DNA from: Candidatus Micrarchaeota archaeon
Lineage (GTDB): Archaea > B1Sed10-29
Assembly (NCBI GenBank): GCA_964579265.1
Contig: CAZOFO010000004.1
Coordinates: forward strand, 1 to 48,297
Direction: 5' to 3'
DNA length: 48,297 nucleotides
In this document: positions 18,114-28,173 of the stretch, one piece after another
How the letters are laid out: every line of letters begins with the position of its first letter
Position numbering within the stretch: position 1 is the stretch's first letter
Position numbers and translations under genes: made by a program
The notes under the pieces: model-generated
The model's input: only the letters and a program-made list of their open reading frames with translations
What the model was told of the DNA's origin: nothing
Database searches by the model: none

Positions 18114-19997
18114 ATGAGGCTTCTTAAGGAAAGCGGAGAAGAAGTGCCTTTACTAGGGAATGAAGCAATAGCTAGGGGAGCTATAGAAGCAGGTGTTGGT
18201 TTGGCAGCTTCTTATCCCGGTACACCTAGCTCCGAAGTACCCATGACTCTTTCAAGATTATCTGATGAACTTGATTATTATTTTGAATACTCTTCCAATG
18301 AAAAAGTAGCTTTTGAAACAGCAGCAGGAGCAGCATGGAGTGGAGTAAGATCCATAGTAGCTATGAAGCACTTTGGGATGAATGTAGCTGCTGATTCCAT
18401 TTCACCAGTAGCTTATTCAGGAGTGAAAGCAGGGATGGTCGTGATGGTGGCTGACGATCCAAAAGGATGGAGTTCAGCCCAGGCAGAGCAGGATACCCGT
18501 TACTACGGAGAGATGTGCAGGTTACCTATAATAGAACCAGCAAGTCCTCAAGAAGCTCTGGAATTAACCAAGAAAGCCTTTGAATTATCCGAAGAATTCG
18601 GAATACCTTTCATATTGAGAACAACCACGAAGATAAGTCACTCCATAGAGACAGTGGAACTAGGTGAAAGAAAAGAGATAGAGAAGGACGGACACTTCAA
18701 GGGAGAAGAAGAAATGTTTGACAACGTGGGACCGGGACTTCAAAAACAACACAGAAGAGTGAACAGAAAAATAGAGAACATAAAAAAAGAGTACGGTGAA
18801 AAACTGAATAGGATAGAAAATGAAGGAGGAAGTGAAATAGGCGTGATAACCTCTGGAGTGAGCTATGAATACGTTAAAGAGACGATGCAGAAACTAGATA
18901 TAGATGCTCCGGTGGCGAAGCTCGTTATGACGTACCCCATATCAGAAAGATTCGTAGAGAAATTCATAGAAGATAAAGAAGAGGTTCTAGTTGTTGAAGA
19001 ACTCAGACCATTCATAGAAAAAGAAGTGGAGAGAATAGCTAAAGACGTGAATCCAGAATTAGAAGTACGTGGGAAAGATTTACTCCCTCTGGATGGAGAG
19101 TACAACCTAGAGACAGTTATACCTGCATTTGAAGAAGTATTCGATAAAGAGTTAGGAGTAGATTTTGAAGAGCACGAGGAAAAAGCTGAAAAAGCAATGG
19201 AAGGACTCCCGCCTAGAAAACCTGTTTTCTGTCCAGGATGCCCACACAGATCAACATTCTACGCGTTGAAACAGATCTACGGAAAGGAAAACATGTACGG
19301 AGGAGACGTAGGATGCTATGCCCTTGGCAAGTTTGAACCCTATGACATGCAGGATTTCCTGATAAGCATGGGAGCAAGTCTAGGGCTAACCCACGGAGTC
19401 AAAAAAGTCAGCGACCAGGACGCAGTTGTAACTGTTGGAGATTCAACATTTTTCCACGGAGCAATGCCCGGATTAGCTAACTACGCTTATAACGACGGAG
19501 AATCACCCTTGATAGTAGTATTTGACAACAGATGGACAGCGATGACAGGTCACCAACCTCACCCTGGAACCGGGAAAACAGGTATGGGAGAAGATGTAAC
19601 TCCATTAAAAATAGAAGACGTGGCAAAAGCAATGGGAGCAAAAGTAGAAGTTGCAAATTCTTTCAGTCAAGAGGAACTAGTTAATAAAATAAAAGAACTG
19701 AAAAAAGAAGAAGGATTAAGAGTACTGGTAAGTAAAGGAGAATGTAGACTCGTTACAAGGAGAAGGAAAAGGAGAGAAGAAGAAAAGATCGTGAAGTTCA
19801 AAGTAAATCAGGAGAAATGCACGAAATGCGGGATCTGCACAATGAAGTTCGCCTGTCCTGCAATAAAGGAGATAAGAGAGGAAAAAGGAGAGGAACCAGA
19901 ATACATAATAGACCCGGAAATATGCCTAGGATGCAGTGTATGTAGCCAAGTATGTCCTCAAGACGCGATAGAACCAAGAAAAGGTGAAGAACAATGA
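18114..19997 (+). CDS. iorA: indolepyruvate:ferredoxin oxidoreductase alpha subunit
   Basis: GNEAIARG, YPGTPSSE, NEKVAFE, FCPGCPHR, TPP motif GDSTFFH, and C-terminal 2[4Fe-4S] cysteine motifs. Confidence 0.93.
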   Translation: MRLLKESGEEVPLLGNEAIARGAIEAGVGLAASYPGTPSSEVPMTLSRLSDELDYYFEYSSNEKVAFETAAGAAWSGVRSIVAMKHFGMNVAADSISPVAYSGVKAGMVVMVADDPKGWSSAQAEQDTRYYGEMCRLPIIEPASPQEALELTKKAFELSEEFGIPFILRTTTKISHSIETVELGERKEIEKDGHFKGEEEMFDNVGPGLQKQHRRVNRKIENIKKEYGEKLNRIENEGGSEIGVITSGVSYEYVKETMQKLDIDAPVAKLVMTYPISERFVEKFIEDKEEVLVVEELRPFIEKEVERIAKDVNPELEVRGKDLLPLDGEYNLETVIPAFEEVFDKELGVDFEEHEEKAEKAMEGLPPRKPVFCPGCPHRSTFYALKQIYGKENMYGGDVGCYALGKFEPYDMQDFLISMGASLGLTHGVKKVSDQDAVVTVGDSTFFHGAMPGLANYAYNDGESPLIVVFDNRWTAMTGHQPHPGTGKTGMGEDVTPLKIEDVAKAMGAKVEVANSFSQEELVNKIKELKKEEGLRVLVSKGECRLVTRRRKRREEEKIVKFKVNQEKCTKCGICTMKFACPAIKEIREEKGEEPEYIIDPEICLGCSVCSQVCPQDAIEPRKGEEQ

Positions 19998-20593
19998 AAT
20001 TCGATCTAGTATTAACAGGAGTAGGAGGAGAAGGAGTTCTGACCACAGGAGTAATAGTTACAAAAGCAGCTCACGAAGAAGGTCACTACGTTAGAGGAGT
20101 TCAACTACACGGTCTAGCCCAGAGAGGAGGGACCATACCCACTTACTTAAGGTTCGGTGATAAAGAAGAAATTCATTCTCCAAGTCCAATGAAAACCGAT
20201 GCCGATTTGATAATGTCTTTTGAACCAATGGAAGCAGTTAGAGCTACTGAATACGCTAGAAAGGATAAAACTAAATTCATACTAAATACTCATCCTTACA
20301 TGCCGATTTACGGTAATCTAGAAAACGTTCCTTACCCAGGAATGGAAGAGATAAAAGAGAGAATAAAACCATTTGCAAAAGACATAGGAGTATATGAAAC
20401 TGACTTGAAATCTAAAGAAGAATTTGGGGACATAATCTACGGTAACGTAATGTTAGTAGGTGCTGCAATATCATCAGGTGACCTGCCTATAGATAAGGAC
20501 ATAATGAAGGAATCTATTGAAGAAGTAGCTCCAAGAGATATAGAGGAGAATCTAAAGGCTTTCGAAATAGGATTGAAGATAGGTAGAGAATAA
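19994..20593 (+). CDS. iorB: indolepyruvate:ferredoxin oxidoreductase beta subunit
   Basis: GVGGEGVLT, HGLAQRGG, FEPMEA, and NVMLVGA. Overlaps iorA at ATGA. Confidence 0.9.
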   Translation: MKFDLVLTGVGGEGVLTTGVIVTKAAHEEGHYVRGVQLHGLAQRGGTIPTYLRFGDKEEIHSPSPMKTDADLIMSFEPMEAVRATEYARKDKTKFILNTHPYMPIYGNLENVPYPGMEEIKERIKPFAKDIGVYETDLKSKEEFGDIIYGNVMLVGAAISSGDLPIDKDIMKESIEEVAPRDIEENLKAFEIGLKIGRE

Positions 20594-20599
20594 TAATCT

Positions 20600-20791
20600 T
20601 TAAAGAACATTATCAGATTCTTTTATAATATGTTTTACCTTTTCTTCCCGGTTGAATTCCTTAGCTTTTTCCTTAAGACTTTTAGAACCTTTACTCTTTT
20701 TTCCAGTTTTTATCATCCTTACACCCCGATTAATACTTTTGCAGAATACTTTATATCTTTTTGGTTTTACTTTTTGCCTTACTTCTTTCAC
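20600..20791 (-). CDS. small basic hypothetical protein (start uncertain)
   Basis: ATGA overlap with the upstream DUF429 stop. An alternative internal start at MIKTG has a GGGGTG SD. Confidence 0.35.
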   Translation of the reverse strand: MKEVRQKVKPKRYKVFCKSINRGVRMIKTGKKSKGSKSLKEKAKEFNREEKVKHIIKESDNVL

Positions 20792-21528
20792 ATGAATTCG
20801 TTTATTTTGGTGTTATTCTCTATCAAAGTCAATATGTATCCTTCTTCTTTATTACCTATTAACTCCACGCTTGAGATATCTTTATAATCAAGTAGAAGCA
20901 CATAAGCGCAGAAAAAGGAATCTAATAGATCTCCTTTTCTTTTCAGGTCTTTGGCAGATAATTCTTCCTTTTCAGTTAATAGTTCCTGGAAGTTTTTCAA
21001 ATCTACTTCTACAGGTAGTTTTCTCTTCTTTATTCTGCCCCATATTTCTCTAATTCCTTTTTTTACTTCTTCTTTTTTCACGTTCTTGTAGTCTGGGATC
21101 TCTCCTAGTAATGCTTTTATTGTTGGATTCGGGTAGACCTCTATAACTCCTTCTTCATTATCTTTGGTTCTCTCTATGAAAGGGTAATTATTCTCTTGGG
21201 ATTTTTTAACAAGTCTTTCTCCTCTAACTCCTCCGTAGTGTTTTTTGAAGAATTTTCTATTTGCAGGGTACGCTGGTCTTCCTCTTTTTGCCAGTTCTCT
21301 TTCCACTGGTCTTGAACCTTCTTCATTAGGAATTTTTAAAGGAGCATCTATCCCTATATATTCTGCTCCGTGTTCTTCAGCTAGTTCTACTATTTCTTTG
21401 TCTTTTCCAACGTGTTTCATTTCTAGTATCTCGCCTTCTTCGTTTAGAAGACAGGCTCCGCTGCTCTTGGGCTCCGGTTCCATGCTCCAGGATAGATCGA
21501 TTCCAAGAAATTTGGTCATTTTACTCAA
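20788..21528 (-). CDS. DUF429 family predicted RNase H-fold nuclease
   Basis: FLGIDLSW, IGIDAPL, R.VEREL, IEVYPN, and DLLDSFFCAY. Confidence 0.85.
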   Translation of the reverse strand: MSKMTKFLGIDLSWSMEPEPKSSGACLLNEEGEILEMKHVGKDKEIVELAEEHGAEYIGIDAPLKIPNEEGSRPVERELAKRGRPAYPANRKFFKKHYGGVRGERLVKKSQENNYPFIERTKDNEEGVIEVYPNPTIKALLGEIPDYKNVKKEEVKKGIREIWGRIKKRKLPVEVDLKNFQELLTEKEELSAKDLKRKGDLLDSFFCAYVLLLDYKDISSVELIGNKEEGYILTLIENNTKINEFM

Positions 21529-21554
21529 TATTTTTTACTCTTCCTTGTTTTTGT

Positions 21555-21998
21555 TTATTTCTTCTTAAGTTCTTCCATAACTATCGCGGGGCAGAGGTTT
21601 TTGACTCCTTCTATTTTACCTATTTTTTCAGACATTATTTTGCTTAAGTGGGAATTGTCTTTTGCCCATATCTCGGTCATTATCATGTGGTCTCCAGTGC
21701 AGGTAGTTACTCTTTTTGCTTCTTCTATTTCACTTATCTCTTTAGCTGCTTCTACTAAGCTTTCTGGTTCAACGTCCAGTCCGAGCAGAACTACTGTATC
21801 GTAACCAAGGGCAGAAGGGTCTATTTCTAGGGAGTAACCTTTTATTATTTCATTTCTCTCCATTTTCCTTACTCTTTTTCTCACAGTCGCTTCACTAATT
21901 CCAAGAGTTTCGGCTATCTCTGTGAAGGGTTTTCTGGAGTTTTCTTTGAGCATCTTTATTATTTTTTCATCTAATTCATCTGCTTCATTCATCTTCAT
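21555..21998 (-). CDS. Lrp/AsnC family transcriptional regulator (LrpA-like)
   Basis: [31 protein letters not shown]...IKGY, TGDHMIM, and [13 protein letters not shown]. Confidence 0.92.
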   Translation of the reverse strand: MKMNEADELDEKIIKMLKENSRKPFTEIAETLGISEATVRKRVRKMERNEIIKGYSLEIDPSALGYDTVVLLGLDVEPESLVEAAKEISEIEEAKRVTTCTGDHMIMTEIWAKDNSHLSKIMSEKIGKIEGVKNLCPAIVMEELKKK

Positions 21999-22103
21999 TC
22001 ACCACAACCTTATACGATATTCGAACCAAAATCTTTTATATTAGTACCTATAAATATTATGTTAGTTAAAATATTTAAAGCTTTTCGTAATGGAGGTGAA
22101 AAT

Positions 22104-22769
22104 ATGGAAAAAGAAGAAAAGAAAATGCCTTTGATAGGTGATGAATTTCCAGAGCTAGAAGTAAACACTACACACGGAGAAATCAATCTTCCAGAAGAAT
22201 ATGAAGGAAAATGGTTCATTCTATTTTCCCATCCAGGAGACTTTACACCAGTATGTACAACTGAGTTCTACTCCTTCCAAAAAAGATACGAAGAATTCAA
22301 AGAAATGAAAACGGAACTAATAGGACTCAGCATTGATCAAGTACACAGCCATCTCAAATGGACTGAATGGATAGAAGAAGAACTGGGAGAAGAAATAGAT
22401 TTCCCGATAATAGCGGACGGAAACGGAAAAGTAGCGGAAAATCTAGGGCTAATACATAGCGAAGGAGGAACAGCCACAGTCAGAGCAGTATTCATAGTTG
22501 ATCCAGATGCAAAAATCAGAGCAATACTCTACTACCCAGCAGAACTAGGAAGAAACATGGATGAAATCGTAAGAATGATAAAAGGATTCCAGAAATCCGA
22601 CGAAGAAGGCGTGGCAATACCTGCAAACTGGCCCGACAACGAGATTGTCGAAAGCGACGTGATAATGCCACCTGCATCGAACGAAGAAGAGATAAAAAAG
22701 AGAAAGAAACAAGAGGAAAAAGGAGAGATAGAATGCTACGACTGGTGGCTATGCCACAAAAAACCCTAG
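22104..22769 (+). CDS. peroxiredoxin (archaeal Prx6/AhpC type)
   Basis: [30 protein letters not shown] and CYDWWLC. Start moved to the ATG after the GGAGGTG SD. Confidence 0.93.
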   Translation: MEKEEKKMPLIGDEFPELEVNTTHGEINLPEEYEGKWFILFSHPGDFTPVCTTEFYSFQKRYEEFKEMKTELIGLSIDQVHSHLKWTEWIEEELGEEIDFPIIADGNGKVAENLGLIHSEGGTATVRAVFIVDPDAKIRAILYYPAELGRNMDEIVRMIKGFQKSDEEGVAIPANWPDNEIVESDVIMPPASNEEEIKKRKKQEEKGEIECYDWWLCHKKP

Positions 22770-22809
22770 AAAACAGAAAAAACAAGTTTCAAAAAGGAGG
22801 TGATTTAAA

Positions 22810-23169
22810 ATGAAACTAGAAGAATATCTTGAAGAATGGTTCGCCGACGAGACCGAAGAAGTAGGTCTCTACATGGCAATGGCAAGAAAAGCCGAGGAGG
22901 AAGGCTACCCAGAGATCGCGAGACAATTCAGAGAAAACGCGATAGCAGAAGCAGAACACGCAGGAATAGCAGCAGAACTAGGGGGAAAAATAGGAAACAC
23001 TAAAGAGAACCTAGAAAAGATGATAGGAGGAGAAGACGAAGCAAACAGCACAAGATTAGAGATAGCTGAAAAACAGGAAGATCCGGAGAGATCCTACCTA
23101 GTGACCACGGCCAGAGACGAAGAAAGGCACAAAAAAGCACTGAAAGGACTTTACGAGGAGAAATTCTAG
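22810..23169 (+). CDS. rubrerythrin/ferritin-like di-iron protein without a rubredoxin domain
   Basis: Y.AMARKAEEEGYPEIA..F...A..EAEHA and DEERH di-iron motifs. GGAGGTG SD. Confidence 0.85.
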   Translation: MKLEEYLEEWFADETEEVGLYMAMARKAEEEGYPEIARQFRENAIAEAEHAGIAAELGGKIGNTKENLEKMIGGEDEANSTRLEIAEKQEDPERSYLVTTARDEERHKKALKGLYEEKF

Positions 23170-23223
23170 AAATCTCCTCCCAAAACCTCTTTTCTTATAC
23201 TCTCATTCTTTATTATCCTGATT

Positions 23224-24444
23224 TTAATACTCTATACCCCTATCAAATACCCAGAGTAAAACCGAACAAATCGCTGCTACGATAAATATTACCCTAAAAC
23301 TAATTTCTGCTGAGAATACGCTCCAGAGAAGTAAGAAAACTATACCAGTTACTACTTCCCCGAAAGAAGTAAATATCTCCTTAAGAGTATAGAACTCGGA
23401 CTTACTCTTTCTATCCGCCTGATCAGCAAATTCAGAGAAAAGAGGAACATGGAAGAGTTTGAATGAGATCCCGCCTAGCAGAGCTATGATAAACGCTTCC
23501 AAAGGAGCTCCTACCAATGCCCGCATCAAGTAAAAGAAAGCTGTTAAAAGGCTTCCTACCATTATTATCCTCTTTCTACCGTATTTTGATGCCAGTAAAC
23601 CAGCTGCATAAGCAGTTAAGATAAATCCAAGAGTATCTAGGGATCTCACCATCCCCGCACTTAGAGGACCTCCAACCACCACGTAGATGAATAGAGAAAA
23701 GATCGCAACTCCCGTGATCCCCTGCACCCCTCTAAGAAAGAATAAAGGAAAGTACTTACTATAATCCTTATCGTAAAAAAGACAGGTATCTATCTCCAAA
23801 CCTGTCTTCTTCTCTTCTATAAACAATAGAGGTAGAATCGAAATTAATATCACAGTCAGAGAAGCAAGTAGAACCCAATGGAAACCTAAAGTTGCGGCTA
23901 GTAATCCTCCTATTATTGGTCCTAAAAACCTACCGAGATTAGGTATACTCATCAACTCTGCGGCCTTCATACTTCTTTCTTTTGAAGAAGTATCCGATAC
24001 GAACTCTAAATTAAGACCCCCGAAATGAAAACAGTGGCCGATAGAATACAAAAACCCAATTAAAATCACACTAGATAAATTAAATTCCAGGTAGATAGCC
24101 AGAACAATTGAAGGTAGTAAGAATAAATATGATAGACCGAGTCCAAGGTAAAATCCCTTTCTACATATCAGCTTCATGATAAAAGGAGTGAGAACAATAC
24201 TAGTAGTTCCTAGAGCAAGAAGGAATACCAATGGAAGAAATACTGTTCCCGTGGCCTTGTAAATCATTATAGGTATGAATATACCTAGCATGCTTAGAGC
24301 TATATTTTTCAAAAATTCATAAGCCAACAGCTGCTTGAAGTCCGTATGGAAGAATCTCTCAATACCTCGAAAATGCCAGATATTACCACCGGTAACCTTT
24401 AAAAACTCTAGGAATTTAAGTCTATGCTGAAGAAAAGACTTCAA
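23224..24444 (-). CDS. MFS transporter (start uncertain)
   Basis: About 12 hydrophobic segments, with G.LASKYGRKRII and LGPIIGGLLA MFS motifs. Confidence 0.8.
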   Translation of the reverse strand: MKSFLQHRLKFLEFLKVTGGNIWHFRGIERFFHTDFKQLLAYEFLKNIALSMLGIFIPIMIYKATGTVFLPLVFLLALGTTSIVLTPFIMKLICRKGFYLGLGLSYLFLLPSIVLAIYLEFNLSSVILIGFLYSIGHCFHFGGLNLEFVSDTSSKERSMKAAELMSIPNLGRFLGPIIGGLLAATLGFHWVLLASLTVILISILPLLFIEEKKTGLEIDTCLFYDKDYSKYFPLFFLRGVQGITGVAIFSLFIYVVVGGPLSAGMVRSLDTLGFILTAYAAGLLASKYGRKRIIMVGSLLTAFFYLMRALVGAPLEAFIIALLGGISFKLFHVPLFSEFADQADRKSKSEFYTLKEIFTSFGEVVTGIVFLLLWSVFSAEISFRVIFIVAAICSVLLWVFDRGIEY

Positions 24445-24470
24445 AAAAATTGTTCTGAAAAAATGAGAAA

Positions 24471-25277
24471 ATGATGAAAAAACACAAAGACCAACACATG
24501 ATGGAAAGCGAAGAGCATCTGAAAAAAGTAGTAAAGACAGCTGAATTATCTGAAGAGGACAAAGTACTGGAGATAGGTGGAGGAACCGGCAACCTTACTG
24601 AGAAAATCGCGGAAAAAGCAGGTGAAGTTCTAACCGTGGAAAAAGACCCTGAATTAATACCAGAACTAAAATCAAAGTTAGATAGATTCAATAATATTAA
24701 AATAAGAAACGAAGACGCAATGAATACAAAGATAAAAGGATACAATAAAATAGTGTCCAATCTACCGTATCAATTAACCCAACCAATACTAAGAAAACTA
24801 GAAGGAAAAAAATTTGATCTAACAGTACTTACAGTCCCGGAGAATTTTTCAAAGAGATTAAGAGCAGAAAAAGATTCAAAGGAATACAGCAGTCTCTCAA
24901 TCAGAGCTCCAGTTTATTTCAAGATAAAAAAAATCGATGAAGTTCCAAGAGAATCATTCGAACCAGAACCAAAAGTAGATTCAGAAATAATAAAAATAAA
25001 ACCAAGAGATGAAGAAGAAATCAAAGAAAACAAAAACTTATTCATCAAGAGGTACCTCTTTGACTCGGATCAAAAAATCAAGAACTATTTAAGAGATCTA
25101 TTCTGGAATAACGGTAAGAAAATCACAGGAAAGGAATACAACAAGAAGGAAGCAAAGGAAAAAGCCAGAGATATTCTTAAAGAAGTCCAAGAAGATTTAA
25201 GTGAGAAAAGACCCTCAAATCTCTCTAAAAAAGAACTGGAAAAACTTTTCGAAGAAATAAAAAGAGAAATAAAATAA
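24471..25277 (+). CDS. ksgA: 16S rRNA adenine dimethyltransferase KsgA/Dim1
   Basis: DQH, VLEIGGGTGNLT, VEKD, IVSNLPY, YSSLSI and FEPEPKVDS. Confidence 0.9.
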   Translation: MMKKHKDQHMMESEEHLKKVVKTAELSEEDKVLEIGGGTGNLTEKIAEKAGEVLTVEKDPELIPELKSKLDRFNNIKIRNEDAMNTKIKGYNKIVSNLPYQLTQPILRKLEGKKFDLTVLTVPENFSKRLRAEKDSKEYSSLSIRAPVYFKIKKIDEVPRESFEPEPKVDSEIIKIKPRDEEEIKENKNLFIKRYLFDSDQKIKNYLRDLFWNNGKKITGKEYNKKEAKEKARDILKEVQEDLSEKRPSNLSKKELEKLFEEIKREIK

Positions 25278-25322
25278 GGTATTTTTATAAAAGACTAGAC
25301 CTTAATTCTAAACGTGATAAAC

Positions 25323-25460
25323 ATGGACTACTCAAAACTAGGTAACTTAGGATTCCTCGGATTTTTAGGATTCCTGGGTTTCATATGGGGACCGGAACTT
25401 CATTATCTGTTCTTCCTATTCTTCCTGTACTTCCTGTACTTCCTGCCTGAAGGAGAATAG
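25323..25460 (+). CDS. 45-aa hydrophobic micropeptide with (GFL)n repeats, DUF3796-like (absent from the ORF track)
   Basis: Translates as MDYSKLGNLGFLGFLGFLGFIWGPELHYLFFLFFLYFLYFLPEGE*, with a GTGAT SD 5 nt upstream. Confidence 0.65.
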   Translation: MDYSKLGNLGFLGFLGFLGFIWGPELHYLFFLFFLYFLYFLPEGE

Positions 25461-25516
25461 AGTAAATCTTTAAAATAAATTAATTCTATAAATAGCCATA
25501 TCAAGAGGTTAGAAAT

Positions 25517-26062
25517 ATGATAGAAGGTGAAAAAGTCAGGCTTAGAGGATTTGAAAAAGAAGATGCGGAAGAATTGCACGAAGCAATGAATAACCCGGAT
25601 ATGATTCGTTTTCTATCCGTATATAAACCTCATTCAAAAGAAGAGGAAGAGGAATGGATAGAGAAAACATGGGAAGAAAGGAAAAAAGGAGAAAAATACG
25701 CTTTTGCAATAGAAGAAAAAGAAAATGGAGAACTCATAGGCAGTATAAGTCTAATGGATATAGAGGATAATAACAAAAGAGCAGAGATAGGAGCATGGAT
25801 AAAACAAGAGTACTGGGGAAAAGGATACGGAACGGAAGCAGAAAAATTAATAATTAAATACGGATTTGAGGAGTTAAATCTCCATTCGATCTACGGTAGA
25901 GTATACGAATTCAACAAGAGAAGCCAGAGAGCAGTTGAAAAAACAGGTTTCAAAAAAGCAGGACGTTTCAGAGAAGCAATCTATAGACATGGAGAATACC
26001 ACGATGCCATTCTCTACGATATCTTGAAGGAAGAATATATGGAGAATAAAGAAGAAATTTAG
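25517..26062 (+). CDS. GNAT N-acetyltransferase, RimJ/RimL family
   Basis: LIGSISL, AEIGAWI, YWGKGYGTEA, LNLHSI, N.RSQRAVEKTGF and HGEYHD. Confidence 0.9.
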   Translation: MIEGEKVRLRGFEKEDAEELHEAMNNPDMIRFLSVYKPHSKEEEEEWIEKTWEERKKGEKYAFAIEEKENGELIGSISLMDIEDNNKRAEIGAWIKQEYWGKGYGTEAEKLIIKYGFEELNLHSIYGRVYEFNKRSQRAVEKTGFKKAGRFREAIYRHGEYHDAILYDILKEEYMENKEEI

Positions 26063-26069
26063 GAAACCT

Positions 26070-26627
26070 TTATATCTGTATTAATTTCTTTACTTTCTCT
26101 ATTACTTCTTCAACAGATCTTTCAGCATCTATTACGTAGTCAGCGTGTTTTTTAGTTGGCTCTATGTATTTTTTGTATGCTGGATATACTTTCTCATGGA
26201 AGTATTTTTCATCAGTATCAAGTTCTCCTTCCTTGAATCTTTTTATTCTTCTCTTAAGCTGTTCTTCTTTCCCTATGTCCAGATAAACGGATCTGTCGAG
26301 AATTTTATTTATTTCATCATTATGCAGGATCATGAATCCATCAACTAGAATCAGTTGCGCTGGCTCCATAGTTCTCTCTCCCGTGATTTCATTCTGCATC
26401 TTGTCGAATACAGGTATTTCAACTTCTTGGTCTTTTTTCAGCATCTCCAGAGCCTTAGCCGCTTCTTCAAATTTAATTGCTTCTGGATGATCGTAGTTTC
26501 CATCCTTCCCTCCTGGTTTGTAGAAATTATCAAGAGAGAATCTATTTACTTCTTCGCCTTCAAGGGCTCTGCATACAGTGCTCTTGCCCGAACAAGATGG
26601 ACCTGTTATCCCTATGATTCTAACCAT
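26070..26627 (-). CDS. udk: uridine kinase family protein
   Basis: IIGITGPSCSGKST, LDNFY, NYDHPEA, LVDGF, RRIKR and YIEPTKKHAD. Confidence 0.8.
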   Translation of the reverse strand: MVRIIGITGPSCSGKSTVCRALEGEEVNRFSLDNFYKPGGKDGNYDHPEAIKFEEAAKALEMLKKDQEVEIPVFDKMQNEITGERTMEPAQLILVDGFMILHNDEINKILDRSVYLDIGKEEQLKRRIKRFKEGELDTDEKYFHEKVYPAYKKYIEPTKKHADYVIDAERSVEEVIEKVKKLIQI

Positions 26628-26701
26628 GTTTTCTCTTCTTTAGTTACTTTTCATAAAGAATTATTATTCTCTAAATACTTAAAAATTTACGGTGGATTTG
26701 T

Positions 26702-27721
26702 TTAGTTTTTGTATCCCCAAGTATCTAATACATTATCGGTTTTTTCCTTATACTCTTTTGCTTTTTCCAGAGCTTCTTCAGCATCTAGTTTCCCCTTCTC
26801 AAATTTCCTTTTTAACTTAGAGATATCGTTATTTATAAAATGCATATCCTTAGATGCTTGTTCTTGAATTACTTCTTTCTCACTTGGGTTTAATCCTCCA
26901 AATGGATATTGATTATTAACTTTTTTAGTGGCATTTTCTACATATTCTATCATATTTCTTACCTTTTCTACCTTTTCTTCCTGTTTTTTCTCCATTCCTT
27001 TCCTTATATTTTCTTTTACTTCTTTATCGGCTTTTTCACGGTATTCTCTAGGGATTATCGATGGTTCTTTTCTCTTCAGACTCTCGTATACCTCATCTAT
27101 TCTTTTCTTAACTGTCTCTTCTCCAAAACCGTACTGAGTTTTAAGATTTTCTTTTTCTCCTTTTATTTTAGTTCCTTCTTTAGGCTTCATCCTCATTATC
27201 CTATCGATCAATTCTTCTTTGGAAGGCATTTCTCCGTCTTTCCTCATTCTTTCTTTAACTATTTCTCTAGCAACGTCATTTATCTCTTCTTTCCTTATCA
27301 GCATCTTTCTATGCATTCCTTCCGCTCCTTTTCCTGTTTCACCTGCTTTCTTACCTCCTTCTGCTTTTTTCCAGGCAGGCAAGTCGGCATACCATGGTTT
27401 CCCTCCTTCCTCTTTAATCTCTTTAAATGACTCTTCTTCCTTTCTTTCAGAGCCTTTCTTTTCCATTAGCTCTTTAAGTCCTTCTGCAGATTTTTTAGAT
27501 GGATCAAAGGATTTACCAATAAGTTCTCGAAATGCATTCTCTACTTTTCTAGCTTCAACTTGCTTTTCTCCTTTTTCTATCTTTTTAAAAGCATTTTTAA
27601 GTTTCTCAGTCTCTTCTTGAGTTAGATTCTCTATTTTTTTATCCTTAGGCAGTTTTTTAAGAGATTTTTTGCTCAATACATCCTTTAAATCCTTTACTCT
27701 TCTACTCATATAAATCCTCAT
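26702..27721 (-). CDS. K/E-rich hypothetical protein
   Basis: 339-aa ORF with coding-strand bias and a GAGG SD. No family recognised. Confidence 0.6.
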   Translation of the reverse strand: MRIYMSRRVKDLKDVLSKKSLKKLPKDKKIENLTQEETEKLKNAFKKIEKGEKQVEARKVENAFRELIGKSFDPSKKSAEGLKELMEKKGSERKEEESFKEIKEEGGKPWYADLPAWKKAEGGKKAGETGKGAEGMHRKMLIRKEEINDVAREIVKERMRKDGEMPSKEELIDRIMRMKPKEGTKIKGEKENLKTQYGFGEETVKKRIDEVYESLKRKEPSIIPREYREKADKEVKENIRKGMEKKQEEKVEKVRNMIEYVENATKKVNNQYPFGGLNPSEKEVIQEQASKDMHFINNDISKLKRKFEKGKLDAEEALEKAKEYKEKTDNVLDTWGYKN

Positions 27722-27779
27722 GAAACAAAATTACTCTGTTTTATTTATTTCTTTTGGTAAGGGATTAATAAAGAGATTC

Positions 27780-28163
27780 TCAATCCGAATTCAAGTAGAT
27801 AAGAAAACCTATTAAAGTTCCGAGAACCAGACCAGTGATTGAACTGGTATATATTGTTGAAACGTACTGGACTTCATGAGTCCAAGAATTTAGGATACCT
27901 ATCAGTATCCCTACAAATAATCCGCATCCAAGTCCTAAAGGGATTATCATCCTTTTGTTTCCTTTAATCCAGTCCTTCTCCATCGCTAGACCGATTATCG
28001 ACCCTATTATTATTCCGCCAGCTATCCCGCTGGTCATTCCAACAGTAGTCAAACCAGATCCAAGTAGAATTGAGACTAAAGATCCGAAAGAAACTCCAAA
28101 TATCAATCCTAGTGTAAATCCTGTTTGTCCTGGGTCCATATTCATCTTACTAGCTATTTTCAA
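27780..28163 (-). CDS. Gly-rich small membrane protein (about 4 TM helices)
   Basis: Repeated GxxxG hydrophobic helices. Confidence 0.6.
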   Translation of the reverse strand: MKIASKMNMDPGQTGFTLGLIFGVSFGSLVSILLGSGLTTVGMTSGIAGGIIIGSIIGLAMEKDWIKGNKRMIIPLGLGCGLFVGILIGILNSWTHEVQYVSTIYTSSITGLVLGTLIGFLIYLNSD

Positions 28164-28173
28164 ATCTTTAAAT

